DNA of 64,000 nucleotides from Candidatus Liberibacter europaeus (GTDB lineage: Bacteria; Pseudomonadota; Alphaproteobacteria; Rhizobiales; Rhizobiaceae), in NCBI GenBank assembly GCA_003045065.1, contig PSQJ01000005.1, positions 2,980-66,979 on the forward strand, read 5' to 3'. The notes beneath the pieces were generated by a model that searched no databases, was not told the origin of the DNA, and was given only the letters and a program-made list of their open reading frames with translations. Shown one piece after another: positions 1 to 10,881 of the stretch. How positions within the stretch are numbered: the stretch's first letter is position 1; each line of letters begins with the position of its first letter. The translations under genes and the position numbers were made by a program.

Positions 1-713
1 ACACTCCCGGCATTTTTTTAGCCAATGATTCATACCACAAGCTTATGGTTAAATCATCTTGGAACACTGTAAATTTTGCAGACATAGTTTTGCTCATCGT
101 GGATAGTAATCGTGGATTCAAGCCTGATATTTACGATATTTTTAAAGAAATTAAAAAAAGGTCTAATAGGTTAGTTCTTGTTCTTAATAAGATTGATTGT
201 GTTAAGCCCGAACATTTGCTTAAACAGGCTAAGATAGCAAATGAGTTGCTTTCTATAGAAAGAACTTTCATGATTTCTGCAACAAAAGGCCATGGGTGCG
301 ATGATGTTTTAAATTATTTGTATTCTGCATTACCATGTGGACCTTGGATTTATCCTGAAGATCAGATTTCTGATCTTCCCATGTCTCGTTTTGCTGCAGA
401 AATTACGCGTGAGAAATTATTTTTACATCTTCATAAAGAAATACCTTATGCTTCTTATGTAGCAACTGAAAAGTGGGAAGAAAGAAAAGATGGGTCGGTG
501 TTGATACGACAAATCATTTATGTGGAAAGAGTCAATCAAAAGAAAATCATCCTTGGCAAAAATGGACAAATCATCAAAATAATTTCTTCAGAATCCAGAC
601 AAGAGATAGCAAAAATAATAGAAAAAACTGTTCATATTTTTATTTTTGTTAAAGTCCAAAAAGATTGGGGTAACAATATGAGATCTCTTTCACAAATAGG
701 TATAGAATTATAA
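1..713 (+). CDS. era: GTPase Era, C-terminal part (5' end outside window)
   Basis: The frame is open from nt 3 (TPGIF = DTPG G3 motif), followed by NKID (G4) and a KH-like C-terminus. The ORF track starts only at the internal Met at 45. Confidence 0.9.
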   Translation, partial: TPGIFLANDSYHKLMVKSSWNTVNFADIVLLIVDSNRGFKPDIYDIFKEIKKRSNRLVLVLNKIDCVKPEHLLKQAKIANELLSIERTFMISATKGHGCDDVLNYLYSALPCGPWIYPEDQISDLPMSRFAAEITREKLFLHLHKEIPYASYVATEKWEERKDGSVLIRQIIYVERVNQKKIILGKNGQIIKIISSESRQEIAKIIEKTVHIFIFVKVQKDWGNNMRSLSQIGIEL

Positions 714-877
714 ATAACTGAACCGTAATTATTGTATTTATTAAATAATATGTTGGACAGATATAGAAACTTATAAGTTATTTGAAGCGGTTTTATTCTA
801 TAAAAAATTTATTTTACACAAGTTTGAAAAATCATAAGACAGACATAAATTGATGATAAATATTACTTTTATTTGTT

Positions 878-2317
878 TTAAGAGATTGTTGATTCGTTTT
901 TGGCATTGGAGTATTCCATTATAGCTTTTTTACGAGCTTGATCGTGATCGACGATTGGTGATGGATAATTAATTGCATTTTGATCTTTATCGGTCCAATT
1001 ATGGGGATTATGGATGTGCTTATCAGGTACGTTAGTTAATTCAGGTATCCATTGACGTATAAAAGTTCCATTTGGATCAAAGCGTTTTCCTTGAGTGGTA
1101 GGATTAAAAATACGAAAGTAGGGGACAGAATCATTGCCTGTAGAAGCTGCCCACTGCCATCCTCCATTATTAGATGCAAAGTCGCCATCTAATAGTTGTG
1201 ACATGAAATATTGTTCTCCAATGCGCCAGTCTATTAGAAGATCTTTTACTAAAAAACTGGCACTTATCATTCGCAAACGATTATGCATCCATCCTATAGT
1301 GTTCAATTGACGCATTGCTGCATCAACTATAGGAAATCCCGTTAGCCCTTGTTTCCAAGCGTTGAAGTATTGCCTATTATGATTCCATCTTATTTTTTCA
1401 GTCCATGTAATAAATGGTTTCCCCATGCATAAAAATGGGTAAGCTACTATTAAATGACGATAAAATTCACGCCAGATAAGTTCATTAAGCCAGCTAAATG
1501 CACCGCCGCTATAGGGTTTAATAAGGATATCTGGAAATTCAGCTAGTAATTTGTTAAAGCACTGTCGAGGAGATAGTGCTCCAATGGCTAGGTATGGAGA
1601 TAATCGGCTGGTTCCATTAATGGCGGGAATATTTCTTTTTTCATCATAATAGGGTGCTTTTTCTCTACAAAATTCCTTTAATAATTGCAATGCATTGTTT
1701 TCACCTGCAGGAAAAATTTTGTCAACTGCCTGATGAGGATAGTTAAAATGCGGAGGAATTTTTGTTATTACATCAGATCCATTGTGACGTATAGTAGGTA
1801 TTGGCAAAGATTGAATATCTGATGCTATAAGATGTTGAATAAATGCTTTGCGAAATGGTGTATATATTTTGTACATTTGACCAGTGTCTTTTAGTACGCT
1901 GCCTGGTGGCAGAATGACGTTGTCATCGAATCCGCTGCAAATAATTTTATTTTTTAAACATTGTTCTAATTTTTGATCACGTTGACGTTCATTGATTTCA
2001 TATTGTCGATTATAGAAAAGCTTTGTAACTTGTTGTTTATAACAGTAGTTATTCAACCATTTTACTGAATCATCAAAATCAGCACACTGATGGTATATGA
2101 AGCTAATGCCTTTTTTTGCCAATGATTTTTGTAATTGCAAGATAGTTTCGTAGATAAAAGTTGCCTGACGCGGTGACATATTGTGTCTAAGCCATTGTTC
2201 TGGTGTGGCAATAAACACTGCTATTACTTTTGCATTTGGATTTTTACAAGCAGCATTTAATGCTGTATTGTCGGAAATTCGAAGATCATTACGTAGCCAA
2301 ACGAGATGAGTAATCAT
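878..2317 (-). CDS. phrB: Deoxyribodipyrimidine (CPD) photolyase, class I
   Basis: 479 aa. Motifs WREFY, TGFPIVDAAMRQL, GWMHNRLRMISASFLVKDL and NNGGWQW are typical of the FAD-binding domain. Confidence 0.9.
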   Translation of the reverse strand: MITHLVWLRNDLRISDNTALNAACKNPNAKVIAVFIATPEQWLRHNMSPRQATFIYETILQLQKSLAKKGISFIYHQCADFDDSVKWLNNYCYKQQVTKLFYNRQYEINERQRDQKLEQCLKNKIICSGFDDNVILPPGSVLKDTGQMYKIYTPFRKAFIQHLIASDIQSLPIPTIRHNGSDVITKIPPHFNYPHQAVDKIFPAGENNALQLLKEFCREKAPYYDEKRNIPAINGTSRLSPYLAIGALSPRQCFNKLLAEFPDILIKPYSGGAFSWLNELIWREFYRHLIVAYPFLCMGKPFITWTEKIRWNHNRQYFNAWKQGLTGFPIVDAAMRQLNTIGWMHNRLRMISASFLVKDLLIDWRIGEQYFMSQLLDGDFASNNGGWQWAASTGNDSVPYFRIFNPTTQGKRFDPNGTFIRQWIPELTNVPDKHIHNPHNWTDKDQNAINYPSPIVDHDQARKKAIMEYSNAKNESTIS

Positions 2318-2519
2318 ATAACGTCTTTCTTATGAAAAAACTTGAAAATCAATGATAGTTGCCCATGATATCAACGCAACAATATATTATAATATCAATT
2401 ATTTTAAATTATCTGGATATGTAATCTTGTTATTTGCTTGTAAAATATTTTATAGTCTAGATGAGATAAATTGCACAATAGCTATTTGTTATATTAACAA
2501 ACATAAAAAAATAAAATTT

Positions 2520-3470
2520 TAATGACTAATTCCATCGTGAAAGGAGTACCACGTTTAACAACTTTTAATCCACGATGTTTAAAATTAGAATGATTAAATA
2601 ACTCTTCGTCAAAAGTACGACCATCAGAAGAAGAAATAATACCAGTAGTACTTTGTTCTAAAGCAGTTTTTAAAACTTGATTATTGTCAATGATAAAATC
2701 ACCTTTTTTAAGTACTACATATCCACGGTCACTAATACGATTAGAGAGCTATCACGGTCATAAATCAAAGAACGCAACATATCAGAAATACCGAGATTTT
2801 CATTATGATGATTTTGCAAAATCTTTGAAAGATTGTAAAATGCCACGATTACTACCAGTTGCTGAGTTAAAAGCTTCATCAAGAACTTTGATAGCAAGAC
2901 CTAATTTTTTATAATAATAATTTCCAGTATCAAGACCATAAGGCAAATTATAACCCCAGAGCTTTTAGAAATTTTTTTAGCAATACCGCCAAAAAAGCCA
3001 ATAAAACGGTCAGTGAATTCATCATTACATTAATCGTATTCTCACAAACACTGACCATATCAACCTTATCAAAGTTTTTAACAACACAGGAATGGAAAGA
3101 TGAATACCAAAAATGATACCCGTAGACTTAGTTATTAGCATAAGCTATATAGGCTTTAGCATATACATTTCTGTTTTTACCTTCAGAAATATTAGGAACA
3201 GAAAGACGCAAATTGCAATTAAAAATCTTACTGATAGCTTACACGAACACCAAAAAGTTCCATAATATCTATTATGCGACAATTGATAATTATAAAGTTT
3301 TATAAAATTACCAGTAAATTTTTTATAATTATAAGAGTACCAAGATTTAATTAATATCTCTACTTTCTACTTTCTATTTTCCATCAAAACCTTTACCTTT
3401 AAAACACAGCCCAACATTTTCTTGGTCATCGAATCCGCATCAATACCAAAAAGCAAAATAGACAGCCTCT
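2520..3470 (-). pseudogene. Decayed gene of unknown function (multiple frameshifts and stops)
   Basis: Protein-like minus-strand segments lie in three different frames, separated by stops (e.g. SWYSYNYKKFTGNFIKLYNYQLSHNRYYG; LSVPNISEGKNRNVYAKAYIAYANN; GYNLPYGLDTGNYYYKKLGLAIKVLDEAFNSATGSNRGIL; DRGYVVLKKGDFIIDNNQVLKTALEQSTTGIISSSDGRTFDEE). No family was recognised. Confidence 0.45.
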
Positions 3471-3610
3471 TAACTTAACTTAACTTAGTATACGCCATAA
3501 TGTCTTCCTTTTTTGTTTTCTTTTCAGATCTATTATAATTAATCAACGACATGCTTTTGTCTGAGTAATTAAACGCATTATGATGTATGATGTATGATGT
3601 GATTCTTCTA

Positions 3611-4396
3611 CTAGATTTCACTAAAACAAATAACACGATTGCGACCAGATTTTTTAGCAACATAGAGAGCTTGGTCAGATTGATGCAAAATTATTGAAAT
3701 TGGCTCTTTGTTAAAACGTTCTGCTACTCCTGCTGAAATTGTAATATTGATAGATTGTTTATAAGAAATATTGATGCATGAATTTTCAATCACTTTGCGT
3801 AAATTATCAGCTAAAATTGCAGCCTCTTTTTCTGAGTATCCTATAGCAGCGGCGGCAAATTCTTCTCCACCTAATCGACCAACAAACATAGGCTTGCTAA
3901 AAATTAACACCAATTGATGGGAAAAAAAAGTTATTACCTTATCTCCTATAGAGTGCCCAAAATTGTCATTAATCTGTTTAAAACAGTCAATATCGAAAAA
4001 AACAATTGATAATTTGCCACTATAAGATCCTATATTGGAGATGAAAGCAGAATGGTTTAGTAGTCCAGAAAGGCAATCAATACGGCTTAATTTGGAAATT
4101 TTGCTATAAGAAATAAATAATTCCTTGAGGATTAATCCAGATATATATCCCACAAATAGTGAGATGATTACAGCAAAAACAATCAATGCTATATCCTCGG
4201 CAAGAATGTATTCAATATCATACAAAGGTATAAAATACACATAAAACAACGTGATATTAGCAATAAAAATTATAATCACGATAAAAGCAGTAAATAAAAC
4301 TGTGAAATATATCATGAAATAGCTCGGAGAAAAGCTATCTACGTTTTTCTCGTGACGTAACCACATTCTAAGAATGTATTTTACATATTTTTTCAC
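3611..4396 (-). CDS. Membrane-anchored diguanylate cyclase (GGDEF domain)
   Basis: 261 aa. N-terminal hydrophobic helices precede DxLSGLLNH, FFDIDCFKQINDNFGH, the active site GGEEF and YVAKKSGRNRV. Confidence 0.85.
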   Translation of the reverse strand: MKKYVKYILRMWLRHEKNVDSFSPSYFMIYFTVLFTAFIVIIIFIANITLFYVYFIPLYDIEYILAEDIALIVFAVIISLFVGYISGLILKELFISYSKISKLSRIDCLSGLLNHSAFISNIGSYSGKLSIVFFDIDCFKQINDNFGHSIGDKVITFFSHQLVLIFSKPMFVGRLGGEEFAAAAIGYSEKEAAILADNLRKVIENSCINISYKQSINITISAGVAERFNKEPISIILHQSDQALYVAKKSGRNRVICFSEI

Positions 4397-5040
4397 CGAT
4401 TGTTCCTTTAGATTATAGGAACAGCATTATATAATATATCATTTTTAATAATATTATAATGAATAAAAAATTATATTATTTTTTACTTACAATAATAGAT
4501 ATATTAACACAACCAACCATACTTACTAAGTTGTACAATATAATTTTTTAAATAAGTGTAAATATTAATATTTCTGATCATATAATAAGTTAATCTTGAT
4601 TATAAGCAATATATATATGATCCATATAATATATAATATATAATATATATTATATATTATAATTTATACAATGAGATTGTTACTTATATCAATAAAATAA
4701 GCTATATTCCATATCTTAGAAATATATAAATAATTCTATAAATGAATTTTATCAAACATCACTTTCTTAAGTTACTATTGCAAATGTTGCATGAAGATTA
4801 TATATGTTATGCGATTTTAATTGTAGAAAATGTATCTTTTGTGATAGGAATGATACTCATAATAGTATAATTTTATTGATTAATATAGCTTTTAAAAACG
4901 ATAAATTATTTTGTCTTATCAATGGTTTTTATATATTTAATATATCTGGCAAAGTTTTGTATTGTTTGATAATTTAGAAGGGATTGTTGATCTTGGGGGG
5001 CTTATCTGTATGTTTGTAGATCCATATTCAAAATATGCCA

Positions 5041-5064
5041 TTAAACACCCAAATGGGTGTTTAA
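5041..5064. promoter_or_regulatory. Perfect 10-bp inverted repeat (TTAAACACCC-aaat-GGGTGTTTAA) about 40 bp upstream of pgm
   Basis: Read directly. It lies between divergently transcribed genes, so it is not a terminator for either one. Confidence 0.35.
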
Positions 5065-5103
5065 TGGTATTATCTGATTCATAAATAAAGTATGATTTAA
5101 TAA

Positions 5104-6732
5104 ATGCTTATCATGGTACCAACTGTTCCTTATCAAGATCAAAAGCCTGGTACATCAGGCTTGCGCAAAAAGGTTTTGGTTTTTCAAAAGGAAGCATATG
5201 TAGAAAATTTTGTGCAATCAATATTTAATACAATTGGAAATTGTGCAGATAAAACTCTTGTTATTGGAGGTGATGGTCGTTTTTATAACCGTATTGTCAT
5301 ACAAAAAATCATCAAGATGGCATCTGCTAACGGATTTGCTCGTATAATAGTTGGAAAAGAAGGAATACTTTCAACTCCAGCGGTTTCTCATATTATTCGT
5401 AAATATAAATGCCATGGAGGAATTATCCTTTCAGCTTCGCATAATCCTGCAGGACCTATGAAAGATTTTGGCATTAAATACAATACTAGTAATGGAGCCC
5501 CTGCTTCCAAACAGATAACTGAGGCTATTTTCGCAGAATCACTAAACATTAAATTTTATAAAATCATGGAAGCGGATGATATAGATATTGATCATATTAG
5601 TACAAAAGAAATTTCTGGTATGACTATCTCAATTATAGATCCCATTGAGGATTATGTTGCTTTAATGGAAAAGATTTTTGATTTTGATGCAATTCGCAAT
5701 TTAATTAGTTTTGGATTTCGCATAGATATTGATTGTATGAATGCTGTGACCGGCCCTTATGCAAAAGAAATACTGGAGGAAAAACTTGGAGCTCCTGCCG
5801 GATCAGTTCGTAATTTTATACCATTAGAAGATTTTGGGGGCATTTGCCCTGATCCTAATCTGGTTCATGCGCGTGATCTATACGATAAAATGATGAAGGA
5901 TGATAGTGCAGATTTTGGAGCTGCATTTGATGGAGATGGCGATCGCAACATGATTCTTGGAAAAGGAATGTTTATTAATCCATCTGATAGTTTAGCTATT
6001 ATGGTTGCCAATGCTGTTTTGATTCCAGGTTATTCTAATGGTTTAATAGGTGTGGCACGTTCAATGCCTACCAGTACTGCCCTTGATCGTGTTGCTGAAA
6101 AGCTTGGATTAAAACTATTTGAGACCCCTACTGGCTGGAAGTTTTTTAGCAATCTTTTCGATTCTGGATTAATAACAATTTGTGGAGAGGAAAGTTTTGG
6201 AACTGGATCTAACCATTCTCGTGAAAAGGATGGTATATGGGCTATTTTATTCTGGTTAAATATATTGGCTGTCCGCGGAGAAAGCATGTCGGATATAGTA
6301 TATAAACATTGGGCTACTTATGGAAAAAATTACTATTCAAGATATGATTATCACAATGTTGCCACAAGTAATGCACAAGAATTAATGAATTATCTTCGTT
6401 CAAGAGTAAACAATTTTGTTGGTAGATCGTTTATTGGAAAAAAAATAAAAAAAGCTGATGATTTTGTATATATAGATCCAATTGACGAAAATATAAGCGA
6501 TAAAAATGGTATAAGGATTATATTTGATGATCATTCAAGAATAATATATCGCATATCTGGAACAGATACAAACAATACCACACTTCGAATATATATTGAT
6601 TATTACGAACCAGATTCATCACAACATTTGCAAGATACACAGGAAAATCTTGCAAGACTTGTTGAGGTTTCGCAACAAATTTCATGTTTGAGACATCATA
6701 TAGGATCAATAAAGCCTGTCATTGCCTCATAA
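5104..6732 (+). CDS. pgm: Phosphoglucomutase (alpha-D-phosphohexomutase family)
   Basis: 542 aa with QKPGTSGLRKKV, the active-site loop SASHNPAG and the Mg site FDGDGDRNM. The start may be Met at 5113. Confidence 0.92.
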   Translation: MLIMVPTVPYQDQKPGTSGLRKKVLVFQKEAYVENFVQSIFNTIGNCADKTLVIGGDGRFYNRIVIQKIIKMASANGFARIIVGKEGILSTPAVSHIIRKYKCHGGIILSASHNPAGPMKDFGIKYNTSNGAPASKQITEAIFAESLNIKFYKIMEADDIDIDHISTKEISGMTISIIDPIEDYVALMEKIFDFDAIRNLISFGFRIDIDCMNAVTGPYAKEILEEKLGAPAGSVRNFIPLEDFGGICPDPNLVHARDLYDKMMKDDSADFGAAFDGDGDRNMILGKGMFINPSDSLAIMVANAVLIPGYSNGLIGVARSMPTSTALDRVAEKLGLKLFETPTGWKFFSNLFDSGLITICGEESFGTGSNHSREKDGIWAILFWLNILAVRGESMSDIVYKHWATYGKNYYSRYDYHNVATSNAQELMNYLRSRVNNFVGRSFIGKKIKKADDFVYIDPIDENISDKNGIRIIFDDHSRIIYRISGTDTNNTTLRIYIDYYEPDSSQHLQDTQENLARLVEVSQQISCLRHHIGSIKPVIAS

Positions 6733-7231
6733 TGGTAATGAATGATAGATAATCAAATTTTATTTATATAAAAAGCAAATTAACTTACTTCCAAATGAGA
6801 AATATTTTTAAAGATTACGTTAAAAAATTTTCTGTCTTGCAATGATATTGATCAATATTTGTATAAAAAACAATACTGTTTTATCTAAGAGGGTGTTATC
6901 TAAACAAGTATTAACAATGTTGTTTTATAAATATCTTTCTTGTTAAATCCATGTCTTCATTACTTTTTATGTAAATATAAAAAAATTTATCACAATGATT
7001 CACAATCATATTTTAATGCAGAAAATCTATCCTATTTCGTTACAATATGAAGCAATTTTAACGATATTTTTTCTATAATATAAATAATTAATTGTAATTT
7101 TTACTTTATTGAAAATAATTAATGGTAAGTTTAATAAAAATAAAGATAAATTTTTATATTATGTACTTGTATTTGTACAATAATTATACAGAAACTTTTT
7201 CTAAAGTATAGTATTATTATAGATAGGAATA

Positions 7232-8485
7232 ATGTTCATTTTTAATAAGAAAAGACTATTACATAAAATATACTTTTACTTAGAAACCAAAAATGGTATG
7301 TTTCTAATTATTACATCATTTGTAATAATGATCGTTTTCTGTTTTATAGCTTTTGCCATTGATATTTCACGAATTTATTTTATAAAACATCATATTAAAT
7401 CTTCAATAGATAATTCTATTCTTCGTGGATGCTCTGATATTGCAGCTAGTAAAAAATTAAATACAGAAAAAACACACAATATAATAAGAAAAAGCGTATT
7501 ACATAATATTTCCCAAATATTACCTCAAGATAAAGCAATAGAAGTTGCGCAAAATACAACAATATCTATTCAAGAAATTAATCATATGCAATATAATATT
7601 GAATTAAAATCAGGGTATCAGTTACCGGAGAAAGATTTCTTTTTTGGTTCTTTAATAACACGAAACATATCTAATATATTGTGCGAGGGTAGTGGATCAG
7701 CTATAAAATCTTCTACGAAAGATAATATTTCAATACAAATGGTTTTAGATGTTTCTGAGTCCATGAACGGTTACATGTATATGAATCAAAATAATATTGT
7801 ACGTGCATATGGATTTCAACAACCTACAACGTATAATCAATCAAAAGAAAAATCATTTTTTAACAAATATAAAAAGACAAAACAACCAACGACAAAACAA
7901 CCAACGACAAAACAACCAATGACAAAAATCCAAGCTCTTAAAAAAGCATCTTTACAATTTATTGATTCGTTGCAAAATAATAGATCAAATGAAAGAACAT
8001 CAATACGTGTTGGACTCATAAGTTATAATGATCATATAACTAGTGATAGTGTTGAGATGTCAAGTAATTTAAAATATATTACAAATCAAATTAAATATAA
8101 ATTAAAAGCAAGTGGTGCGACTAACACATTTTATCCTATGCAATCAGCTTATAATAGTTTAATACAAAATTATGAAATAATAGCTCATGGTATAAATCAA
8201 TATGAAACATTAAAAAAATTTATTATATTCATGACTGATGGAGAGAATAGTAATTCTAATTTAGACTACCTAACTTTGGAAATTTGCCAAAAATGTCGTG
8301 ATCAAGGTGTTAAGATTTATACCATTCTCATAGGAAATAGCATCCGAGGAGAAGATCTACTGAGAAAATGCTCCAACTCTGCAGAGAATTTCTATTCTAC
8401 CACAGATTCTAAGGGATTAATTGATTGTTTTGAAAACATTTCCGATCGGATACAAGAAAAAGTAGTGAAAATCAATCCTAATTAA
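7232..8485 (+). CDS. TadG/TadE-like N-terminal anchor plus von Willebrand factor A domain protein
   Basis: 417 aa. An N-terminal hydrophobic helix is followed by AIDISRIY (Tad-like). The vWA MIDAS-like motifs are MVLDVSESMN and FMTDGENS. Confidence 0.7.
   Translation: MFIFNKKRLLHKIYFYLETKNGMFLIITSFVIMIVFCFIAFAIDISRIYFIKHHIKSSIDNSILRGCSDIAASKKLNTEKTHNIIRKSVLHNISQILPQDKAIEVAQNTTISIQEINHMQYNIELKSGYQLPEKDFFFGSLITRNISNILCEGSGSAIKSSTKDNISIQMVLDVSESMNGYMYMNQNNIVRAYGFQQPTTYNQSKEKSFFNKYKKTKQPTTKQPTTKQPMTKIQALKKASLQFIDSLQNNRSNERTSIRVGLISYNDHITSDSVEMSSNLKYITNQIKYKLKASGATNTFYPMQSAYNSLIQNYEIIAHGINQYETLKKFIIFMTDGENSNSNLDYLTLEICQKCRDQGVKIYTILIGNSIRGEDLLRKCSNSAENFYSTTDSKGLIDCFENISDRIQEKVVKINPN
7876..7920 (+). 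repeat. 3 x 15-bp in-frame tandem repeat (TKQPT)
   Basis: gacaaaacaaccaac repeated three times, with the last copy carrying one mismatch. Confidence 0.9.
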
Positions 8486-9481
8486 AAAAAAACGTCTTAA
8501 TGACATAAATAGCAAAATTTTAACCTAAATAAGCATTAAGTTAACTATTTGATCAATGTAATTATAAAATAATCCTAGACTGACTTATTCATTAAAAAAT
8601 ATATTTATTAATAAATAACATCATAAATCTAAGAATTATAATTAAATATATTGAGAACAAAACGAAACGACGAATACCACTAACTGGTTTACACAACATG
8701 ATCAGCACAACCAATACTAAATTCATCAATAAATCTACTGCAAAATCAATATTGCTTTTATGCCTATACCATAATATTATTGAATCAACGAAAGCAATAA
8801 TAAGTATGAAATTCCTCATGATTAACATAAATGGTCTGTTAACTTTAAACTTCATTGATATCCTTTGCAACGTATATAACATTTCCAGAAAAATTATTTC
8901 CTTATAACTATATGAAATAATAATTACATAAATAATATTAAGGAAATTTTAAAATGAAAAATCTGCTATATCCGTGTATCTATAATCTTTTAGTACATCT
9001 ACCATGGTAAAATTGTTTAATAAAAAACTCATTATATATATGATGGAAACATGTTTTAACAACATGTCTCATGAGATATATTATATATATTAAGTGTCTT
9101 ACACACAACTAGTATATTCAAATTAGTGATATTTAACAATTAAAATATCAATTATAAATCAACTTATAAATGATATGCTAAGCGCATCGGCTAGAAATTT
9201 TTATCAAAATCTATCAAAACATTAAGATAACCAATAAATTAAAGATAAAAAACTAAAACCAAAAATAGTTGTTTTCAAATTATATACAATATAATCTAAC
9301 AATAATTGCTCAAATGTTCACTTATACGTTCTAACATTATTGATGGACAATACTAAATATCAAAAATCACAATGATTGTCGTGAATAAAACAACTAGTAC
9401 TTTTAACATTACTAAAAAAAATAATAAGGATCATGCTACTTATAAATTACGTAATTTTAAAAAAATTTACAACGTGCCGTT

Positions 9482-10540
9482 TTACAACGATTCTATCATC
9501 AGATCAAATGCTTTTTTTATAATTATATGAGTTGATGTGGGCATATTAGCTTCAACAGATAGAATATGACGACAACGCCGCGCATTAGGAAAACCATAAA
9601 ACAAACCTAGAATATGACGAGTAATACGTCCTAATTTTTCTCCTGTAGCAACATGCTGCTCAGCATAAGCACTAATATCATCGCTGATCTTTAACCAAAA
9701 ATCCTTATCTACTATTTGTGAAATTGTAGGATACTGTCCTGTTAAAGGATTCATAAAATACCTGTCTACAGAAGTAAGAATATGACTATTTTGATAAGCA
9801 GCACGACCCAACATCACACCATCTACGTTAGGTAATAACTGCAAGGCTTGTTGCATATTTTTAATTCCTCCATTAATACCAATAAAAAGATCTGGATTCT
9901 CTTCTTTAATAGCATAAACTAGTTTATAATCCAGCTCTGGGATATGACGATTTTCACTAGTTGATAATCCCTTGAGCATAGCTTTTCTAGCATGAATCCA
10001 CACACCATTGACACCTGCTTGTTTAACGGATTTGATTAAATTTCGAAGTGCAATTGCAGGAATTTGATCATCAACTCCTATGCGACACTTGACCGTGACA
10101 GGAATACAAATGGCAGATCGTATTGCTGCGATACAATCTCCAACATAATCTGGTTCCAACATCAAACAAGCACCAAAAGATCCTGATTGCACTTTAACGG
10201 ACGGACAGCCAACATTAAAATTAATTTCATTGTATCCAAAATCTTCAGCAATCCTTGCTGCTTCAATCAATTTAGTACTATCCATTCCTCCAATTTGCAC
10301 AGCAAGTGGCTTTTCTTCAGGAGTAAAACCTAAGATATGTTTTTTATTCCCATGAATAATCGCATTATCAACAATCATCTCTGTATAAAGAAGAGCATTT
10401 TTAGTTAATAATCTTGCAAAGAAACGGTAATGCCGATCAGTCCAATCAACCATCGGCGCTACAGCAAAAACTTTGTGTGATAAACAAGGATCATCATTTT
10501 CCTTAGATGGCCTATTCGTTGCTGCATCATATGACAACAT
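9482..10540 (-). CDS. dusA: tRNA-dihydrouridine(20/20a) synthase
   Basis: 352 aa with APMVDWTDRHYRFF, NVGCPS and the Dus TIM-barrel pattern. Confidence 0.9.
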   Translation of the reverse strand: MLSYDAATNRPSKENDDPCLSHKVFAVAPMVDWTDRHYRFFARLLTKNALLYTEMIVDNAIIHGNKKHILGFTPEEKPLAVQIGGMDSTKLIEAARIAEDFGYNEINFNVGCPSVKVQSGSFGACLMLEPDYVGDCIAAIRSAICIPVTVKCRIGVDDQIPAIALRNLIKSVKQAGVNGVWIHARKAMLKGLSTSENRHIPELDYKLVYAIKEENPDLFIGINGGIKNMQQALQLLPNVDGVMLGRAAYQNSHILTSVDRYFMNPLTGQYPTISQIVDKDFWLKISDDISAYAEQHVATGEKLGRITRHILGLFYGFPNARRCRHILSVEANMPTSTHIIIKKAFDLMIESL

Positions 10541-10881
10541 TTATCTTACTTCCTTAGATTTTAATAAAAAATATCCTATAATAACCGCTTCTTCATTTAA
10601 AAACTTTTATAACATAGATACAATCCATATAAAGTTTGACAAATTATATACTGTTATTTATGTTTGGCCATGTGTGTTTTTTATTTTGCATCGTATTTTT
10701 GTGATTTTTATAAAGTTCTTTATATATTTGAATAGCATTCTTCGTGAATTTCTTCCCAAGTCTTGCAATTAGATCAACATGTGCCGTTTTTGTGCAAATT
10801 TATTTGGTTTATTAAGTAGTAATATCTCGTAGGAACGTTTCACACGGTCTATAACTTCAGTTTATCATATCAGGAAATAGC

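Noticed and set aside
2684-2914. ORFs 2684-2914 (+) and 2715-2897 (-)
   Set aside because: They fall inside the decayed region. The minus-strand ORF is just one surviving fragment of the larger pseudogene and the plus-strand ORF is its shadow.
4610-4670. AT-only palindromic low-complexity tract (ata-taa-tat variants) upstream of the GGDEF gene
   Set aside because: This is typical AT-microsatellite-like intergenic filler in an AT-rich genome, with no defined unit or flanking structure.
6030-6709. Minus-strand ORFs inside pgm (6030-6287, 6518-6709), and similar internal ORFs in sgaT (11247-11438, 11826-12056), fumC (14374-14556, 15322-15510), rlmN (43251-43661), ABC-F (46484-46672), epmA (49021-49269), uvrD (55195-55383), uvrB (58635-58859, 59247-59561, 59736-59948) and purL (61773-61988, 62448-62817)
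   Set aside because: All of them lie within, or antisense to, strongly supported conserved genes and carry no motifs of their own.
8592-8907. Two overlapping antisense small ORFs (96 aa hydrophobic on the minus strand, 69 aa on the plus strand) in a 1-kb AT-rich intergenic region
   Set aside because: Hydrophobic ORFs arise readily in AT-rich DNA. There is no RBS or motif and the two ORFs exclude each other. The 96-aa membrane ORF cannot be ruled out, but it is not supportable from sequence alone.
9482-10880. dusA 5' end as a prophage/island integration site (DusA-specific integrases are known)
   Set aside because: The dusA ORF looks full length. No integrase or foreign genes lie next to its 5' end, and the 10473-10772 ORF is an AT-rich overlap artefact.
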